Virus record (IMG/VR): IMGVR_UViG_3300038809_000011
Span: 1-38,182 of that record
Reading direction: 5' to 3' (one strand)
DNA: 38,182 nt
Source: a virus
The position numbers and the translations under genes are program-made. Shown piece after piece: positions 25,841-32,561 of this stretch; position 1 is the stretch's first letter; each line of letters opens with the position of its first letter. The notes beneath the pieces are model-generated. The model saw nothing but the letters and a program-made list of their open reading frames with translations, was not told the origin of the DNA and did no database searches.

Positions 25841-26055
25841 TTGACCCAATGTTGACCAAACGTGTCTAAAACCTTGATATATCAGCACCTATTACCCCGG
25901 CCACCGGTATTATAAGCTTAAAATAGAACATAATATAAATTTTAAGCAACTAGCTTAAACGTTGATATAACAGCGTTTAGGCTTTTTTTATTGCTTTAAA
26001 GGTCGTCAAACAATATCAAAGAATACAAACTTCTGTTGACCATTTGTTGACCAAA
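25839..26055. other. Candidate attP: two pairs of TGTTGACC arm-type repeats flanking a repeat-rich core region
   Basis: TGTTGACC occurs at 25839, 25850, 26034 and 26045, all in the same orientation with 11-nt phasing within each pair. Between the pairs lie TTGATATATCAGC (25874-25886) and TTGATATAACAGC (25962-25974), the inverted repeat GCTTAAAAT/ATTTTAAGC (25916-25924/25939-25947), and a G+C island CCCCGGCCACCGG (25895-25907). The region lies directly downstream of int. Confidence 0.5.
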
Positions 26056-26056
26056 A

Positions 26057-27223
26057 TTACAACTTGTCTGCTGCTTTAAATGATTCTTCAATTAGTCGAT
26101 TCGTTTCTTTCGATTCCTTCTGTTCAACTGATCTAACTACATGACTGTACTTGTTTAAAGTCGTACTAATATCATTGTGTCCAGCACGTCTACTAATGTA
26201 GGTATATGCCATTTTATGATTTAGTAACCAGGTAATGTGTGTATGCCTTAAGTTATGATTGGTGAAGCGTGGAATATGGATGCCTGCTTCTGCTAAGTAC
26301 CTAGTCAGACTTTTATTAATCGTGTTGTTACTATATAACTCACTGTCTGCATTAATGAAGACCAGGTTTCGATTCACATAACCATTCTTCACTTGCCAAG
26401 TACGCAACATTTTAAGATATTTTAGTGTGTAACTATCAACTGTTATTTCTCTATCTGAAGATACATTCTTGGTAGGTGCGAAATCCTTATTAATGAAACT
26501 CCAAGTCTTTTTGATGCTGACGACACCGTTCGTCCAATCAATCGCATCCCAAGTCATTCCTGCAGTTTCAGAAAAGCGTGTACCTAAAGATAAGGAAGTC
26601 AAATTAAAGACTGCCTGCACCTGCATGTCGTCCACATTAATATGACTGATTAAAACTGCACGTAACTTATTAATTTGGTCATCATCTAAAGCCATAGTAT
26701 TTTCTTCGTTTCTTCTGATTAAACCAACTGATTTTACATCTTCAGCAGGGTTGAAACGTATCTTACCTAACTTGACTGCTTTAGATAGGGCAGACTTGCA
26801 ATGTCTGTTTACTTTATCAACCGTTTCCTTGTAATGCTCTTTGGCTACCTTATTTCCACGTTCATCAATGCCGTATGCGTACCAGTTGATGAACTGTTGG
26901 TATTTTACTTCAGTTAGATTTTCAAGCGTTACACGGCCAAAATATTCGCTTACAAGCTGTATTGAACGCTCATAATGTGATTGGGTTTTATCAGTAATCG
27001 TATTCTTTTTATAAGTGACATACCATTCTTGAAAGTAATCAGCAAAAGTGATTTTCCCACCATGAACATCTGTGCCATGATCCAATCGGTATTCTAATTC
27101 ATTCGCCCACACATTCGCTTCACTTTTGGTTTGAAAAGTTTCTGAAAATTGTTGCAGCTCACCGTCTATCCGTCTGCTGACGACTGCACGGTATTTTTTA
27201 CCACGTTTTGAAATACTAGCCAT
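26057..27223 (-). CDS. int: Tyrosine recombinase-type phage integrase
   Basis: 388 aa. The N-terminal SAM-like/arm-binding region begins ISKRGKKYRAVV. The C-terminal catalytic pattern is TRFSE ... HNLRHTHITWL ... GHNDISTTLNKYSHV (R ... H-x-x-R ... H ... Y). Confidence 0.9.
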   Translation of the reverse strand: MASISKRGKKYRAVVSRRIDGELQQFSETFQTKSEANVWANELEYRLDHGTDVHGGKITFADYFQEWYVTYKKNTITDKTQSHYERSIQLVSEYFGRVTLENLTEVKYQQFINWYAYGIDERGNKVAKEHYKETVDKVNRHCKSALSKAVKLGKIRFNPAEDVKSVGLIRRNEENTMALDDDQINKLRAVLISHINVDDMQVQAVFNLTSLSLGTRFSETAGMTWDAIDWTNGVVSIKKTWSFINKDFAPTKNVSSDREITVDSYTLKYLKMLRTWQVKNGYVNRNLVFINADSELYSNNTINKSLTRYLAEAGIHIPRFTNHNLRHTHITWLLNHKMAYTYISRRAGHNDISTTLNKYSHVVRSVEQKESKETNRLIEESFKAADKL

Positions 27224-27241
27224 TTAATTACCCTCCATTTC

Positions 27242-27336
27242 TGTTATAATAAGGTATGCAAAAAGCACACCTATTAAGTGTCTTATCGCCATAGTCTCAC
27301 TCCTGGGTCGCCAAACTTGGGGAGTGGGATTTTTTT
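27242..27336 (+). ncRNA. Candidate ~80-nt plus-strand small RNA (extended -10 promoter plus intrinsic terminator), antisense to the int leader
   Basis: TGTTATAAT at 27242-27250. Terminator stem TCTCACTCC (27295-27303) pairs with GGAGTGGGA (27321-27329), followed by seven T (27330-27336). There is no plus-strand ORF. Confidence 0.35.
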
Positions 27337-27340
27337 ATTA

Positions 27341-28099
27341 CTAATAAAGTGCTATACGTTCTACATAAATCATAGGTATTTCTAATTCAGCACCCATTAC
27401 AGTTTCGTAGTTTGTAGTACCTAAAGAAGTGCCTGTAAAAGTTACATAGTCATCGTCAATTATTCTTCCGTCAGGAGTATCCTCTTCATAGCCAATTAAA
27501 ACCACTGTGTCATAATTATCATATAGTGCTACACGATGTTGAACTTCACCCTCACCTTGCATAGTTTGAATTATTGTACCTTCTAAAGTTACCAATTCAC
27601 CCATATAATCATCGGGGTATCTCATCAAATCGTCATAAGTCAAATCAGTTCTCGCATTATCCAAGTCACTTTGTAACTGAGCTTCAATACTCTCAGATTG
27701 AGCCTTAGATTCACTTTGATATTTTGCAATAGATTCAGACTCAGCTATGCTTTCTGATTCAGCTTTGGACTCACTTGCAGCTATTGATTCACTTTTAGCT
27801 TTTGCGATAGATTCTGATTCAGCAATACTTTCAGATTCTGTCATACTTGAAGATTCTTCAACTTTTGATTCTACTGATGTCGAACTACTGCTCTCATCTG
27901 CTTCAACAGATTCAACAACTTCTGAGCTACTACTTGATGCTGACGAAGTGTCATTTTGCGTACCGTTCGGAGTAATTAAATTGATAATTGAAATAGCGAC
28001 TAAAGCTGACAACCATACTTTCCAATTTTTATACCATTTTTTATCTGTATCTTTTACCCAATTTACATATTTCGACCAAACTTCTCTTAACTTTTCCAT
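27341..28099 (-). CDS. Single-pass membrane protein with Ser/Glu-rich SESIA tandem repeats and a C-terminal beta-rich domain (superinfection-exclusion candidate)
   Basis: 252 aa. TM segment VWLSALVAISIINLI. Repeats SESIAESESIAKAKSESIAASESKAESESIAESESIAKYQSESKAQSESIE. The C-terminal domain resembles that of the upstream neighbour. GGAGG SD upstream. Confidence 0.6.
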   Translation of the reverse strand: MEKLREVWSKYVNWVKDTDKKWYKNWKVWLSALVAISIINLITPNGTQNDTSSASSSSSEVVESVEADESSSSTSVESKVEESSSMTESESIAESESIAKAKSESIAASESKAESESIAESESIAKYQSESKAQSESIEAQLQSDLDNARTDLTYDDLMRYPDDYMGELVTLEGTIIQTMQGEGEVQHRVALYDNYDTVVLIGYEEDTPDGRIIDDDYVTFTGTSLGTTNYETVMGAELEIPMIYVERIALY

Positions 28100-28145
28100 A
28101 CTTTTTCCTCCTAAATATGATATATTGTATTTGCAACAACTAGAA

Positions 28146-28183
28146 GTCCTATCTCAGCTCCCAACTCTGATAGGGCTTTTTTT
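28146..28183 (+). terminator. Plus-strand-oriented intrinsic terminator between two minus-strand genes
   Basis: GTCCTATC (28146-28153) pairs with GATAGGGC (28169-28176), with one G-U pair. Seven T (28177-28183) follow on the plus strand only. Confidence 0.5.
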
Positions 28184-28185
28184 GT

Positions 28186-28689
28186 TTATTCTTCAATATA
28201 AGAACTTTGAAGAATAGGCATCGACATATCGTTATTCCCTTTATAAATACCATAGATGGTAATTTCATCCCCTACCTTCAATTCTGCATCTAAGTCAAAA
28301 ATTTGGACCTCGTACATGCCGTAACCATCTCCACTTTTTGTAGAAAATAATATGGTAGGGAAAGCAGAACCATCGTCGATAATACTTTCGACTGTTCCTT
28401 TTGCAAATAGTTTCGTTCCTTCTTCATATTGATCAGCATTTGCGGTTACAAAGTCAACTTCGACAGCTTCTTTTTTTAATTTATTATCTAATTCTTCTTG
28501 TGAAGGTTCAGATTCACTCTCTAATGATGACTGATTACTTTCTTGTTCAAATTCAGTAGGTCCAGCAATGCTACCTAAAATATATAGAAATGCAAACACT
28601 AGAATTGGTATAAAGATTATCCCAATAACTATTTTCTGCCAAAGTGGCCTTTTAGGTGCTTCAAACGTTTCTCTTTTCTTTCTCCCCAT
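28186..28689 (-). CDS. Single-pass membrane protein with C-terminal beta-rich domain (superinfection-exclusion candidate)
   Basis: 167 aa. N-terminal basic stretch, TM segment IVIGIIFIPILVFAFLYILGSI, an acidic linker and a ~100-aa domain. Confidence 0.6.
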   Translation of the reverse strand: MGRKKRETFEAPKRPLWQKIVIGIIFIPILVFAFLYILGSIAGPTEFEQESNQSSLESESEPSQEELDNKLKKEAVEVDFVTANADQYEEGTKLFAKGTVESIIDDGSAFPTILFSTKSGDGYGMYEVQIFDLDAELKVGDEITIYGIYKGNNDMSMPILQSSYIEE

Positions 28690-28700
28690 ACCAATACCTC

Positions 28701-29096
28701 CTAAATTTCCCCACGCAACTTATACATGTATATCGCACTTTCAACAATCTGATCAGGTAGATTCAAATCGTCTGCAATTTCGTATAAAAAAACTGCATCT
28801 TCAGTTTGGTACTTCTCAATATTTTCAATTGGTATTAATTTAGCGTACGACCACCTGCGAGCAGTTTCTTCTTCTTTGGCAAATATTTTATAATTTGTAA
28901 TATTTTTCCGTGTTGAAGTTTCGTAGTGCCCAATTTCTTCAGCAATGGCAACTATGGATTCTTCAAAACTTAACTTGTTATTAATATAAACAGTTTTATT
29001 TACGATTAATCCTGAAATACCTTCCGGCATATCATCCCTAAATTCAAAATTTAACTTATCTTCATATTTAGCAATCCATGATTCTATTTCATTCAT
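28701..29096 (-). CDS. ImmA/IrrE-like (DUF955-type) protein with degenerate metal-binding motif
   Basis: 131 aa directly downstream of the repressor. IAEEIGH occupies the place of AHELGH (codons at 28926-28940). The downstream EEETARRWSYAKLIP resembles the family's E-x-x-AN-x-FA-x-x-LLxP segment. Confidence 0.55.
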   Translation of the reverse strand: MNEIESWIAKYEDKLNFEFRDDMPEGISGLIVNKTVYINNKLSFEESIVAIAEEIGHYETSTRKNITNYKIFAKEEETARRWSYAKLIPIENIEKYQTEDAVFLYEIADDLNLPDQIVESAIYMYKLRGEI

Positions 29097-29104
29097 CTAA
29101 CCAC

Positions 29105-29524
29105 CTAATCTTGTTCTTCAATTAATTTATTAATATAATCATGTAATTCTTTTTCCTTATTAAAGTTTTCATCTTTATGTGCAGCAATTAAAATATCGTC
29201 TTTTTTATTAATCGCAGTTTGTTCATCAAGTTGGTGTTTAGCATATTTGTAGACTTTGGTTTGTCTTAAATCGTCTAGTTGATTGTAGATGTCGGTGATA
29301 TTACCACTTTCAATACGATTAATCCCTAAAATAAACTCAGGGGATACTCCAAAAGCTTTTGCGAATTCAGAAACTCTATTTAATGGAAATTGTCTAGATC
29401 TATTAAAATATCTTGAAACTGCAGATTTAGCCATACCAACTCGTCTAGCAATTTCACTGATAGACAAGTTCTTTTCATCTTTTAAATTATCTAAAATATC
29501 CATAATTTCATCATTGCTTCTCAT
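29105..29524 (-). CDS. CI-like repressor (XRE-family HTH)
   Basis: 139 aa. HTH LSISEIARRVGMAKSAVSRYFN. It is divergent from the cro-like gene across an operator-rich spacer. Confidence 0.85.
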   Translation of the reverse strand: MRSNDEIMDILDNLKDEKNLSISEIARRVGMAKSAVSRYFNRSRQFPLNRVSEFAKAFGVSPEFILGINRIESGNITDIYNQLDDLRQTKVYKYAKHQLDEQTAINKKDDILIAAHKDENFNKEKELHDYINKLIEEQD

Positions 29525-29565
29525 ATTACACCTCCTATATTTTATGCAGTTATTATATATGGAAT

Positions 29566-29581
29566 GTTCCCAAAAGTAAAC
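29566..29581. promoter_or_regulatory. Operator-like site O1 (GTTCCCAAAAGTAAAC)
   Basis: Shares the 14-mer AATGTTCCCAAAAG (29563-29576) with O2 (29662-29675). It lies next to the palindromic CATTATAATG at 29581-29590. Confidence 0.55.
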
Positions 29582-29590
29582 ATTATAATG

Positions 29591-29620
29591 ATAAATAAAT
29601 TTAAATTGAAATTTATTTAT
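29591..29620. promoter_or_regulatory. Perfect 12-bp inverted repeat ATAAATAAATTT-N6-AAATTTATTTAT between the divergent promoters
   Basis: Read directly from the sequence. It may be a second operator type (Cro or antirepressor-related) or an intrinsic bend. Confidence 0.45.
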
Positions 29621-29629
29621 AACAAAATG

Positions 29630-29658
29630 TTGACAACCGAGAACGGAGATGATAAATT
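29630..29658 (+). promoter_or_regulatory. Early lytic promoter (TTGACA-17 nt-TAAATT with a TG extension)
   Basis: TTGACA at 29630-29635, TG at 29650-29651, TAAATT at 29653-29658. O2 lies just downstream. Confidence 0.65.
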
Positions 29659-29664
29659 ATAAAT

Positions 29665-29680
29665 GTTCCCAAAAGAGAAC
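29665..29680. promoter_or_regulatory. Operator-like site O2 (GTTC-N8-GAAC palindrome)
   Basis: GTTCCCAAAAGAGAAC overlaps the predicted +1 of the lytic promoter. Confidence 0.6.
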
Positions 29681-29698
29681 GAACATGGAGGTGAATAT

Positions 29699-29950
29699 AT
29701 GGAGTTAAGATTAGACTTAAAGCGGTTAAAAGCTGAAAGAATTGCGAAGGGATATACCCAAGAAGAAATGGCTAATTATATGGGGTACAAAGATAGAGCT
29801 AGCTATGCGAAACGTGAGAATGGATTTGTAAATTTGGGAGCTGATGAACTAGCAAAGATCACTGAAATATTAGAAATTCCTATCGAAAATATGTATATTT
29901 TTTTTACCCTAACCGTTCCCGAAAAAGAACGAAATCACCAATCAATTTAA
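29699..29950 (+). CDS. Cro-like XRE-family HTH regulator
   Basis: ATG at 29699 lies 5 nt after GGAGGTG. HTH GYTQEEMANYMGYKDRASYAKREN. The longer ORF-track start at 29663 lies inside O2 and has no SD. Confidence 0.8.
   Translation: MELRLDLKRLKAERIAKGYTQEEMANYMGYKDRASYAKRENGFVNLGADELAKITEILEIPIENMYIFFTLTVPEKERNHQSI
29915..29930. promoter_or_regulatory. Operator-like site O3 (GTTCCCGAAAAAGAAC) inside the 3' end of cro
   Basis: Same GTTC-N8-GAAC architecture as O2, 250 nt downstream of it. Confidence 0.5.
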
Positions 29951-29962
29951 GGAGGCGAGAAA

Positions 29963-30694
29963 ATGAACGAACTAAAAGAAAGAAATTCTATTATCAATCT
30001 TCAGGAACAGGAAGATGGTTCAGTTGCTGTTAGCGGTAGAGAACTTCATGAATTTTTGGAAATAAAGACTCCATATTCTAAATGGTTTGAAAGAATGACT
30101 GAATATGGATTTGAAGAAAATATTGATTATGTAGTGACGGACATTTTTGTCCCTAACTCAAATGGGGGTAAACAATTCCAAGTTGATCACATCTTAACCA
30201 TCGACATGGCAAAAGAGATTTCAATGATTCAGCGAAACGAAAAGGGCAAACAAGCTCGTCAATATTTCATCCAAGTTGAAAAGGCCTGGAATAGTCCAGA
30301 AATGGTTATGAAGCGAGCATTACAGATAGCAGATAAGAAAATCGAGACGATGCAGCAACAGATTAATCTTGATAAACCAAAGGTACTTTTTGCAGATGCA
30401 GTAGCAACTAGCCATACATCAATTTTAGTCGGAGATTTAGCGAAGTTGCTAAGACAAAACGGTGTTGAGATTGGCCAAAATCGATTGTTTGAATGGATGA
30501 GAAGTAACGGCTTTTTAATCAATCGTAAAGGTGATAGTTGGAATAGTCCGACACAGTACTCAATGGACCGTGGTTTGTTAGAAGTTAAAGAACGCACGCA
30601 CCAAGAACCTGATGGCAGCATTCGAATCACCAGAACAACAAAAGTTACTGGTAAAGGACAACAGTATTTCATTAATAAATTTTTGGAGGTGTAG
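29963..30694 (+). CDS. ant: Antirepressor (AntA-like N-terminal domain + KilAC/ANT C-terminal domain)
   Basis: VSGRELHEFLEIKTPYSKWFERMTEYGFEENIDY matches AntA-like proteins. PKVLFADAVATSHTSILVGDLAKLLRQNGVEIGQNRLFEWMR matches KilAC-like proteins. Confidence 0.8.
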   Translation: MNELKERNSIINLQEQEDGSVAVSGRELHEFLEIKTPYSKWFERMTEYGFEENIDYVVTDIFVPNSNGGKQFQVDHILTIDMAKEISMIQRNEKGKQARQYFIQVEKAWNSPEMVMKRALQIADKKIETMQQQINLDKPKVLFADAVATSHTSILVGDLAKLLRQNGVEIGQNRLFEWMRSNGFLINRKGDSWNSPTQYSMDRGLLEVKERTHQEPDGSIRITRTTKVTGKGQQYFINKFLEV

Positions 30695-30698
30695 CGAT

Positions 30699-31001
30699 GT
30701 GGAAACGAAAGAGTTAATAATCCAGCTTATCGAAACAGACAAACAAAAGTTGCTACTCGAAAAACAAGCAGAAATAGCAGAGTTGAAAGAACAACTCGAA
30801 TATGGATCCATTGGAAATATGCGGTGGTTCTGCGAAAGAGTTGATATGTCTCAGGTAAATGCTAAGGAACGAATTCTATATCCATTTCGCAAAGAGTTAG
30901 AAGGAAAAGCAATTAAATATCCTGAAACGCAGGGTCAAAAATGGCAATTCAATAAAGCAGTTGTAAACAAGTGGATAGTAGAAAACTTCGAAAGGTGGTA
31001 G
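30699..31001 (+). CDS. DUF771-like small protein (possible excisionase/DNA-binding)
   Basis: GTG start after GGAGGTG. The C-terminus ...YPETQGQKWQFNKAVVNKWIVENFERW resembles DUF771 family ends. Confidence 0.5.
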   Translation: METKELIIQLIETDKQKLLLEKQAEIAELKEQLEYGSIGNMRWFCERVDMSQVNAKERILYPFRKELEGKAIKYPETQGQKWQFNKAVVNKWIVENFERW

Positions 31002-31006
31002 ATGAA

Positions 31007-31201
31007 ATGAAAACTAAAGAATTCAAACAGACACAATGGGGTCTAATCACATTACTAGGTGTCTGCAATCTAGTCGGTGGCGCATTAATCAGTGAATTCA
31101 AAACAGGCCTAGCATTCATTTTAATTGGTTTAGTTTTGAGTGTGTTTGGCACATTTAAAAGTGCGGTTTGGGAGATGAAAGATGAAGAAACGAACCAATA
31201 A
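31007..31201 (+). CDS. Small two-TM membrane protein
   Basis: 64 aa. WGLITLLGVCNLVGGALI and LAFILIGLVLSVFG are the hydrophobic segments. SD AAGGTGG upstream. Confidence 0.55.
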   Translation: MKTKEFKQTQWGLITLLGVCNLVGGALISEFKTGLAFILIGLVLSVFGTFKSAVWEMKDEETNQ

Positions 31202-31358
31202 ACAAAAAGCAGAACGAGCAATATCTATGATGCTTGGATATATCGAAGATGGCAACATTGAAAACATTAAAGAAGTTAGGTTACTTGTAAGTCAGATTTT
31301 GGCAGATGAAGGTATACAGGCTAAGTTTTCTGAAATGAAAGCTAAGAATTTTAGTTAG
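31182..31358 (+). CDS. Hypothetical 58-aa protein (below the ORF-track cutoff)
   Basis: ATG lies 6 nt after GGAGA and overlaps the upstream gene end. It fills an otherwise unexplained 160-nt gap. Sequence: MKKRTNKQKAERAISMMLGYIEDGNIENIKEVRLLVSQILADEGIQAKFSEMKAKNFS. Confidence 0.5.
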   Translation: MKKRTNKQKAERAISMMLGYIEDGNIENIKEVRLLVSQILADEGIQAKFSEMKAKNFS

Positions 31359-31360
31359 GG

Positions 31361-31594
31361 GTGAGTGTCTTGAACAAAGGTAAAGCATTAGCTTATCTTG
31401 CTGAATTAGGCTTCAAAGAAGCAAAAGCAATCAAAGGCGAAAAGGTTTCAGTAACTGTTGAAGTGCCTGCAGAAGAAGATTTGATTTCTACAATTGCAGA
31501 AAATACAGAAACTGAAATTGACTACTGGGCAAGCAACTCATTTGCAACTTATCTCACAAACGATTGGTTGAACGTGAATGTAAAGGAAGTGTGA
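31361..31594 (+). CDS. Hypothetical acidic protein
   Basis: 77 aa. GTG at 31361, or TTG at 31370 after AGGGGTGAG. Confidence 0.55.
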   Translation: MSVLNKGKALAYLAELGFKEAKAIKGEKVSVTVEVPAEEDLISTIAENTETEIDYWASNSFATYLTNDWLNVNVKEV

Positions 31595-31597
31595 CTC

Positions 31598-31789
31598 ATG
31601 GGAACAGGTGTTTGGAATAAACAAATAGGCGGTTGGGAACCTGATGATGAACCAGAAACAAGTGAGTACGAAGTTTCAATTCTAATTAGTGCAAGTATTG
31701 AAGCCCAGGATGAAGAAGAAGCAAAAGAAATTTTCTGGGATGAAATGAAACATTATGCGAGCATGTCAGACATTGAAATTTACGAATAA
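31598..31789 (+). CDS. Small highly acidic protein (DNA-mimic candidate)
   Basis: 63 aa, roughly 30 percent Asp+Glu and very few basic residues. It lies upstream of the recombination genes. Confidence 0.55.
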   Translation: MGTGVWNKQIGGWEPDDEPETSEYEVSILISASIEAQDEEEAKEIFWDEMKHYASMSDIEIYE

Positions 31790-31863
31790 AAAAGCACCTA
31801 TTGCGAGTAGGCGCCTTACACAAATATTCAAGTTAATTTTAACAGAAAACAGGAGGAATTTAA

Positions 31864-32550
31864 ATGGCATCAACAAATAACATTTTTGAAAAGTTAAACA
31901 CGCTCAATGTGAATGATCATGTAAGTGTTAAGAATAACGGGAAAACTGATTTGAAATATCTATCTTGGGCTTGGGCTTGGGAGTCAATCAAGAAATTGTA
32001 TCCAGAAGCTAACTATACGATTGAGCGTTTTGAAGATAACAAACCTTACTTATATGACGAGAATTTAGGCTTCATGGTATTTACGAGCGTAACTATTGGC
32101 GAATTAACACATGAAATGTGGCTACCAGTCATGAATGGCGCTAATAAAGCAATGAAAGCTAAACCATATACATACAAAACTAAATATGGCGATAAATCAG
32201 TAGAGCCTGCAACGATGATGGATATTAATACAACAATCATGCGTTGCCTAACAAAGAATTTAGCGATGTTCGGATTAGGCCTATATATCTATGCTGGTGA
32301 AGATTTACCTGCAGAAGATTATACAGAACGAATTAATTCAGCTTATGCAGTTTTAGAAAAAATGGATTCTAAATTAACAAAATCAAAAGTTGATGAAGAA
32401 TTGCAAAAACGTTCAGATGTTGAGTTGAAAAAAATGGGGAGCGAACAATTCTTTGAGTTAATTTCTGCTTATTACAAACAGGTTCGAGTAGAAATTGAGA
32501 AAGCAGAAGCAGACAAAGAAAAAGAAACTGAAAAAGTACCAGAAGCATAG
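31864..32550 (+). CDS. sak: Sak-type (Rad52-like, DUF1071) single-strand annealing protein
   Basis: YLSWAWAWESIKKLYP ... LPVMNGANKAMKA ... RCLTKNLAMFGLGLYIYAGEDLP are hallmark segments of the Sak/DUF1071 family. Confidence 0.8.
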   Translation: MASTNNIFEKLNTLNVNDHVSVKNNGKTDLKYLSWAWAWESIKKLYPEANYTIERFEDNKPYLYDENLGFMVFTSVTIGELTHEMWLPVMNGANKAMKAKPYTYKTKYGDKSVEPATMMDINTTIMRCLTKNLAMFGLGLYIYAGEDLPAEDYTERINSAYAVLEKMDSKLTKSKVDEELQKRSDVELKKMGSEQFFELISAYYKQVRVEIEKAEADKEKETEKVPEA

Positions 32551-32561
32551 GAGTTGATTAG

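Noticed and set aside
25956-25989. Weak hairpin TAAACG/CGTTTA followed by a T-run as a fourth terminator or the int terminator
   Set aside because: The stem is only 6 bp and AT-rich, with a 12-nt loop. The T-run is on the plus strand, so it cannot serve int. It more likely reflects attP repeat structure.
27747-28217. 156-aa plus-strand ORF opposite the SESIA-repeat gene
   Set aside because: It is the mirror image of the Ser/Glu repeat array (which reads as a Ser/Asp/Leu repeat) and crosses a plus-strand terminator. The minus-strand gene has a proper SD and TM/domain logic.
31794-31814. Hairpin GCACCTA/TAGGCGC after the 31598-31789 gene as a terminator
   Set aside because: The stem has a mismatch and is not followed by a T-run, so it is not convincing as an intrinsic terminator.
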